64,000 nt of DNA from Gammaproteobacteria bacterium. GTDB taxonomy: Bacteria > Pseudomonadota > Gammaproteobacteria > CBDBNL01 > JAAOII01. Shown in pieces: positions 18,557 to 27,133 of this stretch. The position numbers were made by a program, and so were the translations under genes. The notes beneath the pieces were generated by a model, which saw only the letters and a program-made list of their open reading frames with translations, was not told where the DNA came from and ran no database searches. How positions within the stretch are numbered: position 1 is the stretch's first letter; each line of letters opens with the position of its first letter. The stretch covers positions 1,440,001 to 1,504,000 of the forward strand of contig OZ242372.1 of assembly GCA_965209035.1 (NCBI GenBank). Direction: 5' to 3'.

Positions 18557-19294
18557 ATGCAAAAATCCAAAACATCCGGCGGCGGGGAGCCTCTGTTGCG
18601 GTTTGAAAAGGTCAACACCTACTACGGGCCGATTCACGCGCTGAAAAATATTTCCATGCATGTTAATGTCGGCGAGATCGTGACGATCATCGGCTGCAAC
18701 GGCGCGGGGAAATCCACTCTTTTGATGACCACTTTTGCCAATCCCGGGGCGCGCAGCGGTTCCGTCATGTATGAGAACACGGAGATTACGCATTATGCCA
18801 CCAATCAAGTTGCGAGTCTGGGGATTGCTTTGGTGCCGGAAGGCAGAAGGATTTTTTCGGCAATGACCGTGGAGGAAAATCTCCTAATAGGCTCTCTCAA
18901 AATACCGCTTGCGTCGGCACGCAAAGAATTGGAGCATATCTTTGAAATGTTTCCGTTGCTCCGGGAGAGAAGAACACAGCGTGCCGGCACTCTGTCGGGA
19001 GGCGAGCAGCAGATGCTTGCGATTGGCAGAGGCCTTATGAGCAGGCCGAAGTTACTGCTGCTGGACGAGCCCAGTTTGGGGCTGGCGCCTTTAATTATTC
19101 GCCAGATTTTTGAGAAACTTAAAGAAGTCGCCGAGCAGGGGGTTACCATTCTTCTGGTGGAACAAAACGCCAACTTGGCTCTCAAACTTGCGCGGCGCGG
19201 CTATGTGCTGGTGAACGGTGAGATTGAAATTGCCGGCGACAGCCGGACCCTTCTTGCCAACAAAGAAGTCCAAGCCGCCTACCTGGGCGGATAA
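18557..19294 (+). CDS. livF: branched-chain amino acid ABC transporter ATP-binding protein
   Basis: GCNGAGKST, VPEGRRIF, LSGGEQQM, DEPSLGLAP. Confidence 0.95.
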   Translation: MQKSKTSGGGEPLLRFEKVNTYYGPIHALKNISMHVNVGEIVTIIGCNGAGKSTLLMTTFANPGARSGSVMYENTEITHYATNQVASLGIALVPEGRRIFSAMTVEENLLIGSLKIPLASARKELEHIFEMFPLLRERRTQRAGTLSGGEQQMLAIGRGLMSRPKLLLLDEPSLGLAPLIIRQIFEKLKEVAEQGVTILLVEQNANLALKLARRGYVLVNGEIEIAGDSRTLLANKEVQAAYLGG

Positions 19295-19567
19295 TTCGGG
19301 CGAGTTAGAAGCAGAAGTTAGAATCGGGCATTAAGCGGGAATCGGACCTTCCCGCATACACATTTCGGTATTTTGGAGGGGCTTTTTGTTTGTGCTTTTT
19401 ACTTTTATCTTCCTTGTCCCGGGAAGTTATCTTTCTGTCAGTTTCCCGCTTCTCGCTTTCCCGAGTCACCGACACAGGGTAGATTAAACACCTAAAATAT
19501 CCAAAACATCTATCGAGATCTATCGCGGCTGAATGATTGAATCACCCGCAGGTTGGATCTGTTTTAA

Positions 19568-20233
19568 TTGAGCGAATACCAAGTATTTTTTGCCTTGGCG
19601 GGCTTTCATCTCCTTGCGGTCATGAGCCCCGGACCGGATATGGCAATCATCGTTCGGCACGGCCTGGTGCATGGCAAGACACCCGCCACCTACACCGCCA
19701 TCGGCATCGGCACGGGTATTTTGGTGCATGTTCTTTATTCCGTTTTGGGGCTGGGTTTGATTCTTGCAACCTATCCGTCTGTCTTTGTATTGCTTAAGTA
19801 TCTCGGGGTGGCTTATCTGATCTTTCTGGCATATTCCGGTGTGCGAGACGGCTATGCCCGTCTCTCGGCACAGGCCGCGGGCGATTTGGCCGCGAATAAT
19901 GACACCCCGCTTCTGCCGTTGTCCGCGACCTCGGCATTCCGCACCGGCTTTCTAACCAACGCACTCAATATTAAGGCGACAATGTTTTTTCTTTCCGTTT
20001 ACTTGCTGGTCGCCCAACAGAGCCCGCCGGTTCTGCGCGTTGTTTACGGAATGTACATGGCGGTGGCGACGGGACTTTACTTTGTTGTTTTGGCGCGTTT
20101 GGTTGGCAGATTGCGCCCTTTTTTACGGGCATATACGGGTCAGGTAGAAATCCTTACCGCTATATTAATGGCGGTTCTGGCTCTGTTGTTGGCATGGACC
20201 GATGTGCCGGCTTTTGTGCGGGCATCTTCTTAA
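19568..20233 (+). CDS. LysE/RhtB family amino-acid exporter
   Basis: SPGPD, LKYLG.AYL, GFLTNALN.K. Confidence 0.9.
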   Translation: MSEYQVFFALAGFHLLAVMSPGPDMAIIVRHGLVHGKTPATYTAIGIGTGILVHVLYSVLGLGLILATYPSVFVLLKYLGVAYLIFLAYSGVRDGYARLSAQAAGDLAANNDTPLLPLSATSAFRTGFLTNALNIKATMFFLSVYLLVAQQSPPVLRVVYGMYMAVATGLYFVVLARLVGRLRPFLRAYTGQVEILTAILMAVLALLLAWTDVPAFVRASS

Positions 20234-20351
20234 AAAAACCCTTAAACCTTTAAACTCGCCCGGAATCGCCCCGCCTATTCCGGTCCCGGGCGGCGCGAAT
20301 CTTCGAAAACCCTGTTGTCTGTATTGTCTAAGGTCTTAATGTCTTAATGCC

Positions 20352-23300
20352 TTATTCGGAGCCGCCCACCCGAACCTCCAGTCCGATCGTGCAGATGTTG
20401 CTTTCATTCGGCACCGGATCGTTTTGGACTTGATCTTCATCGGCTTCCGTGCAGGCACCATAATAGTAGGTGCCGGCATCGTTCGGTGCCGTTATATTAA
20501 TGGAATAGGACCCTTCGCCGCCCGGAGTTCCCCCGGCAGGCCGTTCTTGAGTTCCCAACTCAAAATCATCCGGACTAATGAGCGCATTATCGGAGCGGTA
20601 GAAACTGATGATGGACGGAAAACAAGAGGCACTTACCACGCAATCAAAATCAACGCTAATATTAAGCATTTCCTCGGTTGCCGGCGAACTGCTATTGACT
20701 TCCAAATTTTCCAAGACATAGTTACCGCGCTTTGTCACCTGAACGGGGACTGAGCAGTCTTCCGGCAGGTGTTCAAAACAACTGCCGTAATAGTAGGTTC
20801 TTGCTGCCAGACCCGGGAGCTCGTTAATTTCGCTACTATAACTGGCATTATCATAGTGATTCGGCGCTGATACGGAGAAAAAACTTCCTGCTATGGGATC
20901 CTCGCTGCCGTTGATGGTCTCATTATTGGAGCGGTAAAAGGATAAGGAACTTGGACTCAAACCGCAGTCGCCGCCGCGACAACCGACCATTCCGCTGAGA
21001 CGAAAAACATTCGGCAAGTTTTCACCGAGGGCGAGGCGATTCAAGGCTGAATCAAAACGAAAAGTGTTGGCAGTGGAATTAGTCGTGCCGATATGCCGCA
21101 GCAGACCTTTCACCGTAACAGGAACAGAATCGTGTTGGGTGCAAACCGGGGGATTGGTGCCGTCTATACAGGCGAAGTAATAATAGTTGCCGTTCGTTGC
21201 GGCGGCATTAATCCGCGTTGAAATAGTCCGGCTTGCACCGGCGGCAAGAGGAGCAACCGGGACAGGAGATCCAATGGTTTTCATATTCGCATTGGAAGGC
21301 AGCGGAGGGTCAGAATATGTGCTACTAACATAAAAGCTAACATCGGCCATTTCACAGTCTTGGGTGTTCGCGGAACAAAGGATCTCAACCGAGAGGTTTA
21401 GCGGTTCTCCCTGTGCGGCAAGACTGATATTTGTTATGACCCGCTCATCATTAAAAGACAGAACCCCGTCCGGCAGGCTCACTGTGATGGTGGCAATTTT
21501 TACACAGCTGTCGTCATCTCCCGGCAAACAAAGACCATAATGATAGGTGCCGGGGGTCAAAGGGGCGGTTGTGTCAATTGGCGGTGTGGAATGGTGTCTG
21601 CTCTCCTCGATGGCGGGGATAAGAGTACTGCCTTCTTCGTCATCCGAAGTGTTTATCGTATCATCATCCGAACGATACAAAATCACTTGAGATTGGGCAC
21701 AAGGACCGTCCTCACAGAAGAGGAACGCCATAAATTCCAAAGAATCACCCGCGCGAATACCGTCTTTGTCTTGATTGGGGCCTACGAAAGTTAAACGACC
21801 GGGATTAGCGGGTGGCATGAGATCTGTTAGGACAACCGGATCGGACAGCATACCGCACAGATCCGGTTCGGGGCCGGTGATGCAAGCAAAATATCGATAG
21901 GTCCCTGCTTCGGACGGAGTCGTAATATCCGGGGTAACGGTTTGTTCTCCGCTGTCATTCAACGGAGGAACGGGAACCGGTTCGCCAAGAGGATTATCGA
22001 AAAAAGTATTTAACTGACCCTGAGTAGCATAAAACTGAAGGGTGTCGCCGGCACAATCGCCGCCACTGCAAGAGATGGCGACGGACAATTGCAAAGGATC
22101 ACCCGAGTTCAAGGCGGTTGCATTAACGCCGACCTTCCCGACAGACAACATTCCGATCACGGAGGGTATAGTCACCATTAAAGATTCGGAAAGATTAGGC
22201 AGAGAAGGAGGGGTCAGGCAATCATTCGCTTCCAATAAAATACAAATAAAATATTGATATGTGCCCGCCTCTTGCGGAGTGTTCGTATTCAAAGAGATCA
22301 TCATAGATCCTCCGTCCGTCAAGGGCCCAACATCTGCCGCAGGGCCGATAGCAGCTGACATCCGGGTGAGTTCACCTTGGGTGTTTGTGTCTTCATAAGT
22401 GACATAAAATTGAGCCGTTGCCGCCGCGCAGTCGCCGCCAGCGCAAAGAATGGTTGCGGTTAATTCCAAAGGCACGCTTTGGCCGGCCTGTGCGTTACTG
22501 ATATCTATTGTCGTCGCTCCGTCCGGTCGCAGAGTCCCGGCTGCCGAACCCGGCGGCGCGGGGACTGCCGTCACGGTGATCTCAGCCGATGGACCACTGC
22601 AGACATTCGTGTTTTCATAACATGCATGGTATCCGTAAGTCCCGCTTACGCCGGGTATGTCAAAGTCAGTGGCATTCACCGTAACTGTATCTCCGCCTTC
22701 CGGGTTTGTGGGAGAAGTGACATCGAAGGGCGGACCGACCGCGGTTCTTTCGCCCGCGTTCGTGCTTCCCGTCGTCCCCGGTGCGGATGTCCGATAAAAC
22801 TGAACCCGGCGAATTCTGTCCACCGGGCAGACCGCACCCTGACATAGGATGTTTACGGACAACACCGCATCTTCTGTTGTCGTATATTCATTCTTGTCGG
22901 TCGTAACATTGTCGCGAAAAATAACAAAAGGCTCATTGACAGAAAGAGAACTAACAGGAGAACACGCATCGTCAATACAAGAATAGTAATAATAGCCGTT
23001 ATTTCGTGTGACAGGCAAGGGGGGAGCGAAGGTGATGGGTATCTCATCGCCATTAACAAAAAGAGCGGGAAAACTTCTTCCCAATTCCTCATCATTGGCA
23101 GCAACCGTCACATTATTTGTCGAGCGATAAAAAGTGACGATAAAATCGCGACAGAAGTCTATCAAACATCGGACAGTGGTATTCAAAGATACCAGATTAC
23201 CGGGACCGCCTTGTTGTAGAGCGGTATTCAATTCCACTTGCGGAGGAATAGGGGGATTGTCGGCATTGTCATCGGGATCGGCACAGCCGGTTACAAACAA

Positions 23301-23495
23301 AGCGGCTGTCAATAGAAAAATAAATGAAAAATTCCTTAATCCCGGCCGGAGGCCGGGATGGAAGGAATTAGTTACAAAGCGGCTGATGCGCTTATTATTA
23401 TTGTTATTAATGTTATTTGGCATGAGTTGTTTATTGATTATTTGTTGTTTTTTTAATGACTTCTTTTGTAAAGAATAATATGTATCCGCAGGCAA
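20352..23495 (-). CDS. large Cys-rich surface lipoprotein with 8 tandem CARDB/Ig-like domains
   Basis: Lipobox-like FVTGC after a hydrophobic stretch; 8 repeats of C-x4-6-C...FY(R/V)S...P...GTY.Y.AC..C; exact start uncertain. Confidence 0.7.
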   Translation of the reverse strand: MPADTYYSLQKKSLKKQQIINKQLMPNNINNNNNKRISRFVTNSFHPGLRPGLRNFSFIFLLTAALFVTGCADPDDNADNPPIPPQVELNTALQQGGPGNLVSLNTTVRCLIDFCRDFIVTFYRSTNNVTVAANDEELGRSFPALFVNGDEIPITFAPPLPVTRNNGYYYYSCIDDACSPVSSLSVNEPFVIFRDNVTTDKNEYTTTEDAVLSVNILCQGAVCPVDRIRRVQFYRTSAPGTTGSTNAGERTAVGPPFDVTSPTNPEGGDTVTVNATDFDIPGVSGTYGYHACYENTNVCSGPSAEITVTAVPAPPGSAAGTLRPDGATTIDISNAQAGQSVPLELTATILCAGGDCAAATAQFYVTYEDTNTQGELTRMSAAIGPAADVGPLTDGGSMMISLNTNTPQEAGTYQYFICILLEANDCLTPPSLPNLSESLMVTIPSVIGMLSVGKVGVNATALNSGDPLQLSVAISCSGGDCAGDTLQFYATQGQLNTFFDNPLGEPVPVPPLNDSGEQTVTPDITTPSEAGTYRYFACITGPEPDLCGMLSDPVVLTDLMPPANPGRLTFVGPNQDKDGIRAGDSLEFMAFLFCEDGPCAQSQVILYRSDDDTINTSDDEEGSTLIPAIEESRHHSTPPIDTTAPLTPGTYHYGLCLPGDDDSCVKIATITVSLPDGVLSFNDERVITNISLAAQGEPLNLSVEILCSANTQDCEMADVSFYVSSTYSDPPLPSNANMKTIGSPVPVAPLAAGASRTISTRINAAATNGNYYYFACIDGTNPPVCTQHDSVPVTVKGLLRHIGTTNSTANTFRFDSALNRLALGENLPNVFRLSGMVGCRGGDCGLSPSSLSFYRSNNETINGSEDPIAGSFFSVSAPNHYDNASYSSEINELPGLAARTYYYGSCFEHLPEDCSVPVQVTKRGNYVLENLEVNSSSPATEEMLNISVDFDCVVSASCFPSIISFYRSDNALISPDDFELGTQERPAGGTPGGEGSYSINITAPNDAGTYYYGACTEADEDQVQNDPVPNESNICTIGLEVRVGGSE
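23330..23369. other. inverted repeat/hairpin in the 5' leader of the CARDB-like lipoprotein gene
   Basis: aattcctt-a-atcccggcc-gga-ggccgggat-gg-aaggaatt. Confidence 0.6.
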
Positions 23496-23593
23496 CTTGC
23501 GAATAAGACAAGATGCGCGTGCGGAGGATGTATTGGCTGAATTTCACTTGCCATACGGTTATTTTAGCACAAGTTCTTATTTTTGTGTATTTT

Positions 23594-23667
23594 TGTATGG
23601 CCCCACCCATTTCCGGACTTTTGTTGTTTTTGCAAAAACCGGATCGGCGAGAGTTGTTTGTGAGTGT
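23594..23667 (-). mobile_element. isolated right-end fragment of the IS481-family element
   Basis: tgtatggccccacccatttccggacttttgttgtttttgcaaaaaccgga... nearly identical to 43949-44023. Confidence 0.8.
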
Positions 23668-23697
23668 TAGTTAAAGGAAGACTCTTGAAATTGTTCT

Positions 23698-24709
23698 TTA
23701 ATTATTGAGCAGGCGTGTGAGTTCTTCGTTCGGCCAGGTGTAATAGTTGTTCAGGTATTTGATCGCCTTTTCCCGTTCTTCGTTTCTTGCGTGTGTTGTG
23801 TAGTTACCCGGATTGCGATCGCCGATGCTGTCGGTATTGCTTTTGTGAAGGCCCGCAGCTTCGTTCGGGTTCAAACCCAAAAAACAGAGCGTCTTTTTGG
23901 CAACCGAGATCGGGTCGGCAAAGAGCTCCTCACTGCGAAGCACGAGAAGTTGTTTGTTGGGAAAGAGTGTCCGATATCTTTGCAGTTGCTTGGCATAAAG
24001 ACCGCGCTCTCGGTAGGCAAACAGCCGCAGGATATCATAGTCGCGCGGCGAGCTCGGCTCCTTCTTGCAGTGTCCGCACGGCGGCAAGTACGCGCGGGTC
24101 CTCGCCGGTAAGAGCCTCAAGAATGCCGCGCGTTTCTCGCACAGATTCCGCCACTTCCGGCTGCGGGGTCTTCGGGGATGGATAGCCCCGGGTTGCATCA
24201 TAATCCCGGTCCCGGTTGCAATTAAAGTAGTAATCGGAGATTGCCCGCTTTGTCGGATCCTTGATGAGAACAATTAACTTGGCAGCCGGTATCAGTTTAT
24301 GAATGGCGGCCGCACAACCGGGAAAGAACAGATAGTTGACCGACTTGTCCGGGCGGACGGGGTATTGTCGTAACCGCGCTTTCCGAATTCCCCGGCTGTA
24401 GAGCAGCAAGTAGAGCAGCAAGTAGTGAATTGCTCTCGCAGTGTCTGCGTCCGTCTTGTTCAGCCCCCAAACAGGCGACATGCACAATTGCGAAAAGTGC
24501 TCCGCATCCGCCCAACGGTCAAAAAAGCGGATCTCATCGCTGTGTTCGGGTGCGTAAACGGCCGGATGTTGCATGAGAAGTGTTTTTAGCTGCCCGGTGC
24601 CGCAGCGTTTCCCGCCCAAAATAAAAGTATTTGGCAAGAGAGCATTCCAGCCGGGCGGCGGGGGCAAGGGCACGCGGTCAATAAGACGATACCCAATAAG
24701 AAAGAGCAC
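23698..24709 (-). pseudogene. sulfotransferase (heparan-sulfate 3-O-ST-like fold), split by a frameshift
   Basis: 5' ORF 24035-24709 has PNTFILGGKRCGT, EIRFFD, KLIVLIKDP.KRAISDY; 3' ORF 23698-24273 continues RGLYAKQL..Y...F...QLLVLRSEEL...FLGL...YYTWPNEEL. Confidence 0.8.
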
Positions 24710-24895
24710 AGGGAAGATAGCGCAGTATATAGCGAGCGCGCAAAAATCGGTGGTGTGTTGTCAACATCTTAAAACCGAGTTATTATATCCTTTCCGAGAT
24801 GATGCGGGTCTTTTTGAAAACAACACTCACAAGTGCCTAACGGGGGCAAACAAACATACACATAGTTATCCAAAATTGTTTATAATGGACAACAT

Positions 24896-27133
24896 ATGAA
24901 ATTAAAGGTCGGGCTTTTTTGTGTTCTAGCCCTTACCGCTTTTAGCGGCTGTGCGCAGGTAGAAGATGCAACTTTATCGATCCCCGCCCGGGATAATCAA
25001 GCTACTTCTTCCATGTCCCTGGCTATTCCGATGCGAGAGGGTATGCGATTGGAATGGACGAATCCGTCCGATGCACAGATCTCGGGCAATATTGAGAGGT
25101 TTAACATATCTTGGGAAAGGCTGTCCGACAATGAAAAGGATATGGTTGATAAGTCGAATCAAACGGGAGCGGGAGTCGATGCTTCTTATGATTTCGCCAA
25201 CTTAACGGATGAGGAGGAGCATCAGTTTCTTGTGCGCGCGATAATTTCGGGTGAGGATCCTATTCTTGTTTTGAATCTGACCGCAATGACCGGAGCAAAT
25301 TACGACGGTGATGGCGAACCGGACTCTTCGGATGATGACGATGACAATGACGGTGTACTTGACGCTACTGATCTCTGTGCCACAAATGCGACAGACTGGA
25401 CATCCAATTCCACTACGGACTATGATGGCGATGGTTGCCGTGATAGTGACGAGGACTCGGACGATGACAATGACGGTGTACTTGACGCTACTGATCTCTG
25501 TGCCACAAATGCGACAGGCTGGACATCCAATTCCACTACGGACTATGATGGCGATGGTTGCCGTGATAGCGACGAGGACCCGGACAATGACAGTGACAAT
25601 GACGGTGTACTTGATGCTACCGATCTCTGTGCCACAAATGCGACAGACTGGACATCCAATTCCACTACGGACTATGATAGCGATGGTTGCCGTGATAGTG
25701 ACGAGGATCCGGACGATGACAATGACGGTGTACTTGACGCTACCGATCTCTGTGCCACAAATGCGACAGACTGGACATCCGATCCCACTACGGACTATGA
25801 TGGCGATGGTTGCCGTGATAGTGACGAGGACACGCCGATCTTTGAGCAAGACTCTTATGCTTTTGAGTTTCCGCCGGGCAGAACCGGTAGGATCAACGAG
25901 GTCACCGTTCGTAATCCTGTTACGGCGTTTGTGTTGGGAGGAATGACGACAAACCTAACCATCGACACACAAGTGCAAACAGGAGTTCTTTCCGCCGTTG
26001 GGGTATTAGCTGCCGGCGTGTATATGTTGCATGTTAATGCGAGCAACGCAGTTGGCGAGACCCGGGCGAACATCACTTTAAATGTGACGGACACGCCTAC
26101 AATGCAGCCGGTCTTTTCGCGAGAACGGACGGTGATTCGTTTGTCCCCCGGTGATACTTACACCGGCGAACCGAACCTGTTCTTTCAAGATTCTGTTACG
26201 ATTGCCGAGGCCGAGTATGGCGGCGAGAAGGTTCCGGGTCGCGGCAATTTTACCGAGCTTGGTGATATTTTCGGTTTTGACGCCGCCGGGAACTTTTCAA
26301 TCAATCAGTCGATTGATGTGTCTGACACCCGCGGGCTATTTTTACGCATTAATGCAAGCAACAGCACGGGTGAATCCGAAGCCTTTGTTCATATTTTGGT
26401 TACGGATCCAAGCAATCGCACTTTGTATTTTGCAAGTGACGGCAGTGTTGAGACCATTGGCGAGGTGCACCCGGTGATGCCGGACAATGCCACACGCCGT
26501 TTTAACATTACGTCCGGGAATCAAACACTTTTTGGTATCAATAATACCGATGGTACACTGTCAGTCCAAGATGCCCCGCAGGACCGGACGCACTATTTGG
26601 GAATTGAAGAAGAATATGCGGGAGGAACCCGGTTCTTTGCCAATGTAACGGTGTTTGGCAAGACACCCGACGGCGGGAACATAACGCATTATGTCTATTG
26701 GTTGGCGGAAAACGAATGGTTGAAGCCGGATCGCAGTGAAGCCTTGCCGAATATTAATGCCTCTGCGGGAGATCAACTGGTGTTTCTCTGCCCGCGCCCG
26801 ATGTTGGCAACGGCATTTCCCGGCCCCAATATTTGGTATACCCAAAACAGGACGGTTGCGGATAACTGCCGGCCGGATCGGTTTGCCGAAGCCGCCCAAG
26901 CGTTTTTTATCGGGGCATGCGACGCAGCCGGCAAAGAAATCACAGTTCCTTTAGAAGTTCCTTTGGACGCCGGCAATCCCGTTCGGTTTGAAGCGGACAA
27001 TTCTTATTACTTGATGTCCTTTTCGGGTGGGGCAGAGGAGGAAACTACTTCCCGCGAGTTCAAGACGGGTGCAGCCTGTCAGTCCGGGATGAAGTTCCGG
27101 TTAAATGTATTGCCGCCTAACATGTCGCCTTAG
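24896..27133 (+). CDS. modular lipoprotein: FN3-like domain, Asp-rich TSP3-like Ca-binding repeats, cadherin/Ig-like stalk, C-terminal ephrin-like domain
   Basis: Lipobox FSGC at residue 19; LEWTNP FN3-like motif; 4 x 41-aa D-rich repeats; C-terminal VYW...GDQLVFLCP...C...C...F....SYYLMS..G...GAAC..GMKF. Confidence 0.8.
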   Translation: MKLKVGLFCVLALTAFSGCAQVEDATLSIPARDNQATSSMSLAIPMREGMRLEWTNPSDAQISGNIERFNISWERLSDNEKDMVDKSNQTGAGVDASYDFANLTDEEEHQFLVRAIISGEDPILVLNLTAMTGANYDGDGEPDSSDDDDDNDGVLDATDLCATNATDWTSNSTTDYDGDGCRDSDEDSDDDNDGVLDATDLCATNATGWTSNSTTDYDGDGCRDSDEDPDNDSDNDGVLDATDLCATNATDWTSNSTTDYDSDGCRDSDEDPDDDNDGVLDATDLCATNATDWTSDPTTDYDGDGCRDSDEDTPIFEQDSYAFEFPPGRTGRINEVTVRNPVTAFVLGGMTTNLTIDTQVQTGVLSAVGVLAAGVYMLHVNASNAVGETRANITLNVTDTPTMQPVFSRERTVIRLSPGDTYTGEPNLFFQDSVTIAEAEYGGEKVPGRGNFTELGDIFGFDAAGNFSINQSIDVSDTRGLFLRINASNSTGESEAFVHILVTDPSNRTLYFASDGSVETIGEVHPVMPDNATRRFNITSGNQTLFGINNTDGTLSVQDAPQDRTHYLGIEEEYAGGTRFFANVTVFGKTPDGGNITHYVYWLAENEWLKPDRSEALPNINASAGDQLVFLCPRPMLATAFPGPNIWYTQNRTVADNCRPDRFAEAAQAFFIGACDAAGKEITVPLEVPLDAGNPVRFEADNSYYLMSFSGGAEEETTSREFKTGAACQSGMKFRLNVLPPNMSP
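25337..25830 (+). repeat. 4 near-identical in-frame repeats (123/129-bp period) encoding DNDGVLDATDLCATNATDWTSNSTTDYDGDGCRDSDED
   Basis: gacaatgacggtgtac at 25343, 25466, 25595, 25718. Confidence 0.95.

Noticed and set aside
20256-20295. Possible bidirectional terminator between the LysE gene and the lipoprotein
   Set aside because: Inverted repeats are present (ccggaat/attccgg) but there is no clear U-tract; too weak to call
25202-25946. Alternative-frame repeat ORFs (25202-25849 -, 25308-25946 +)
   Set aside because: Shadows of the in-frame Asp-rich repeat
26687-27113. Blue-copper (phytocyanin/plastocyanin) domain
   Set aside because: Same fold class, but the His copper ligands are absent and the 4-Cys/CP pattern fits ephrins better; kept as the alternative to test
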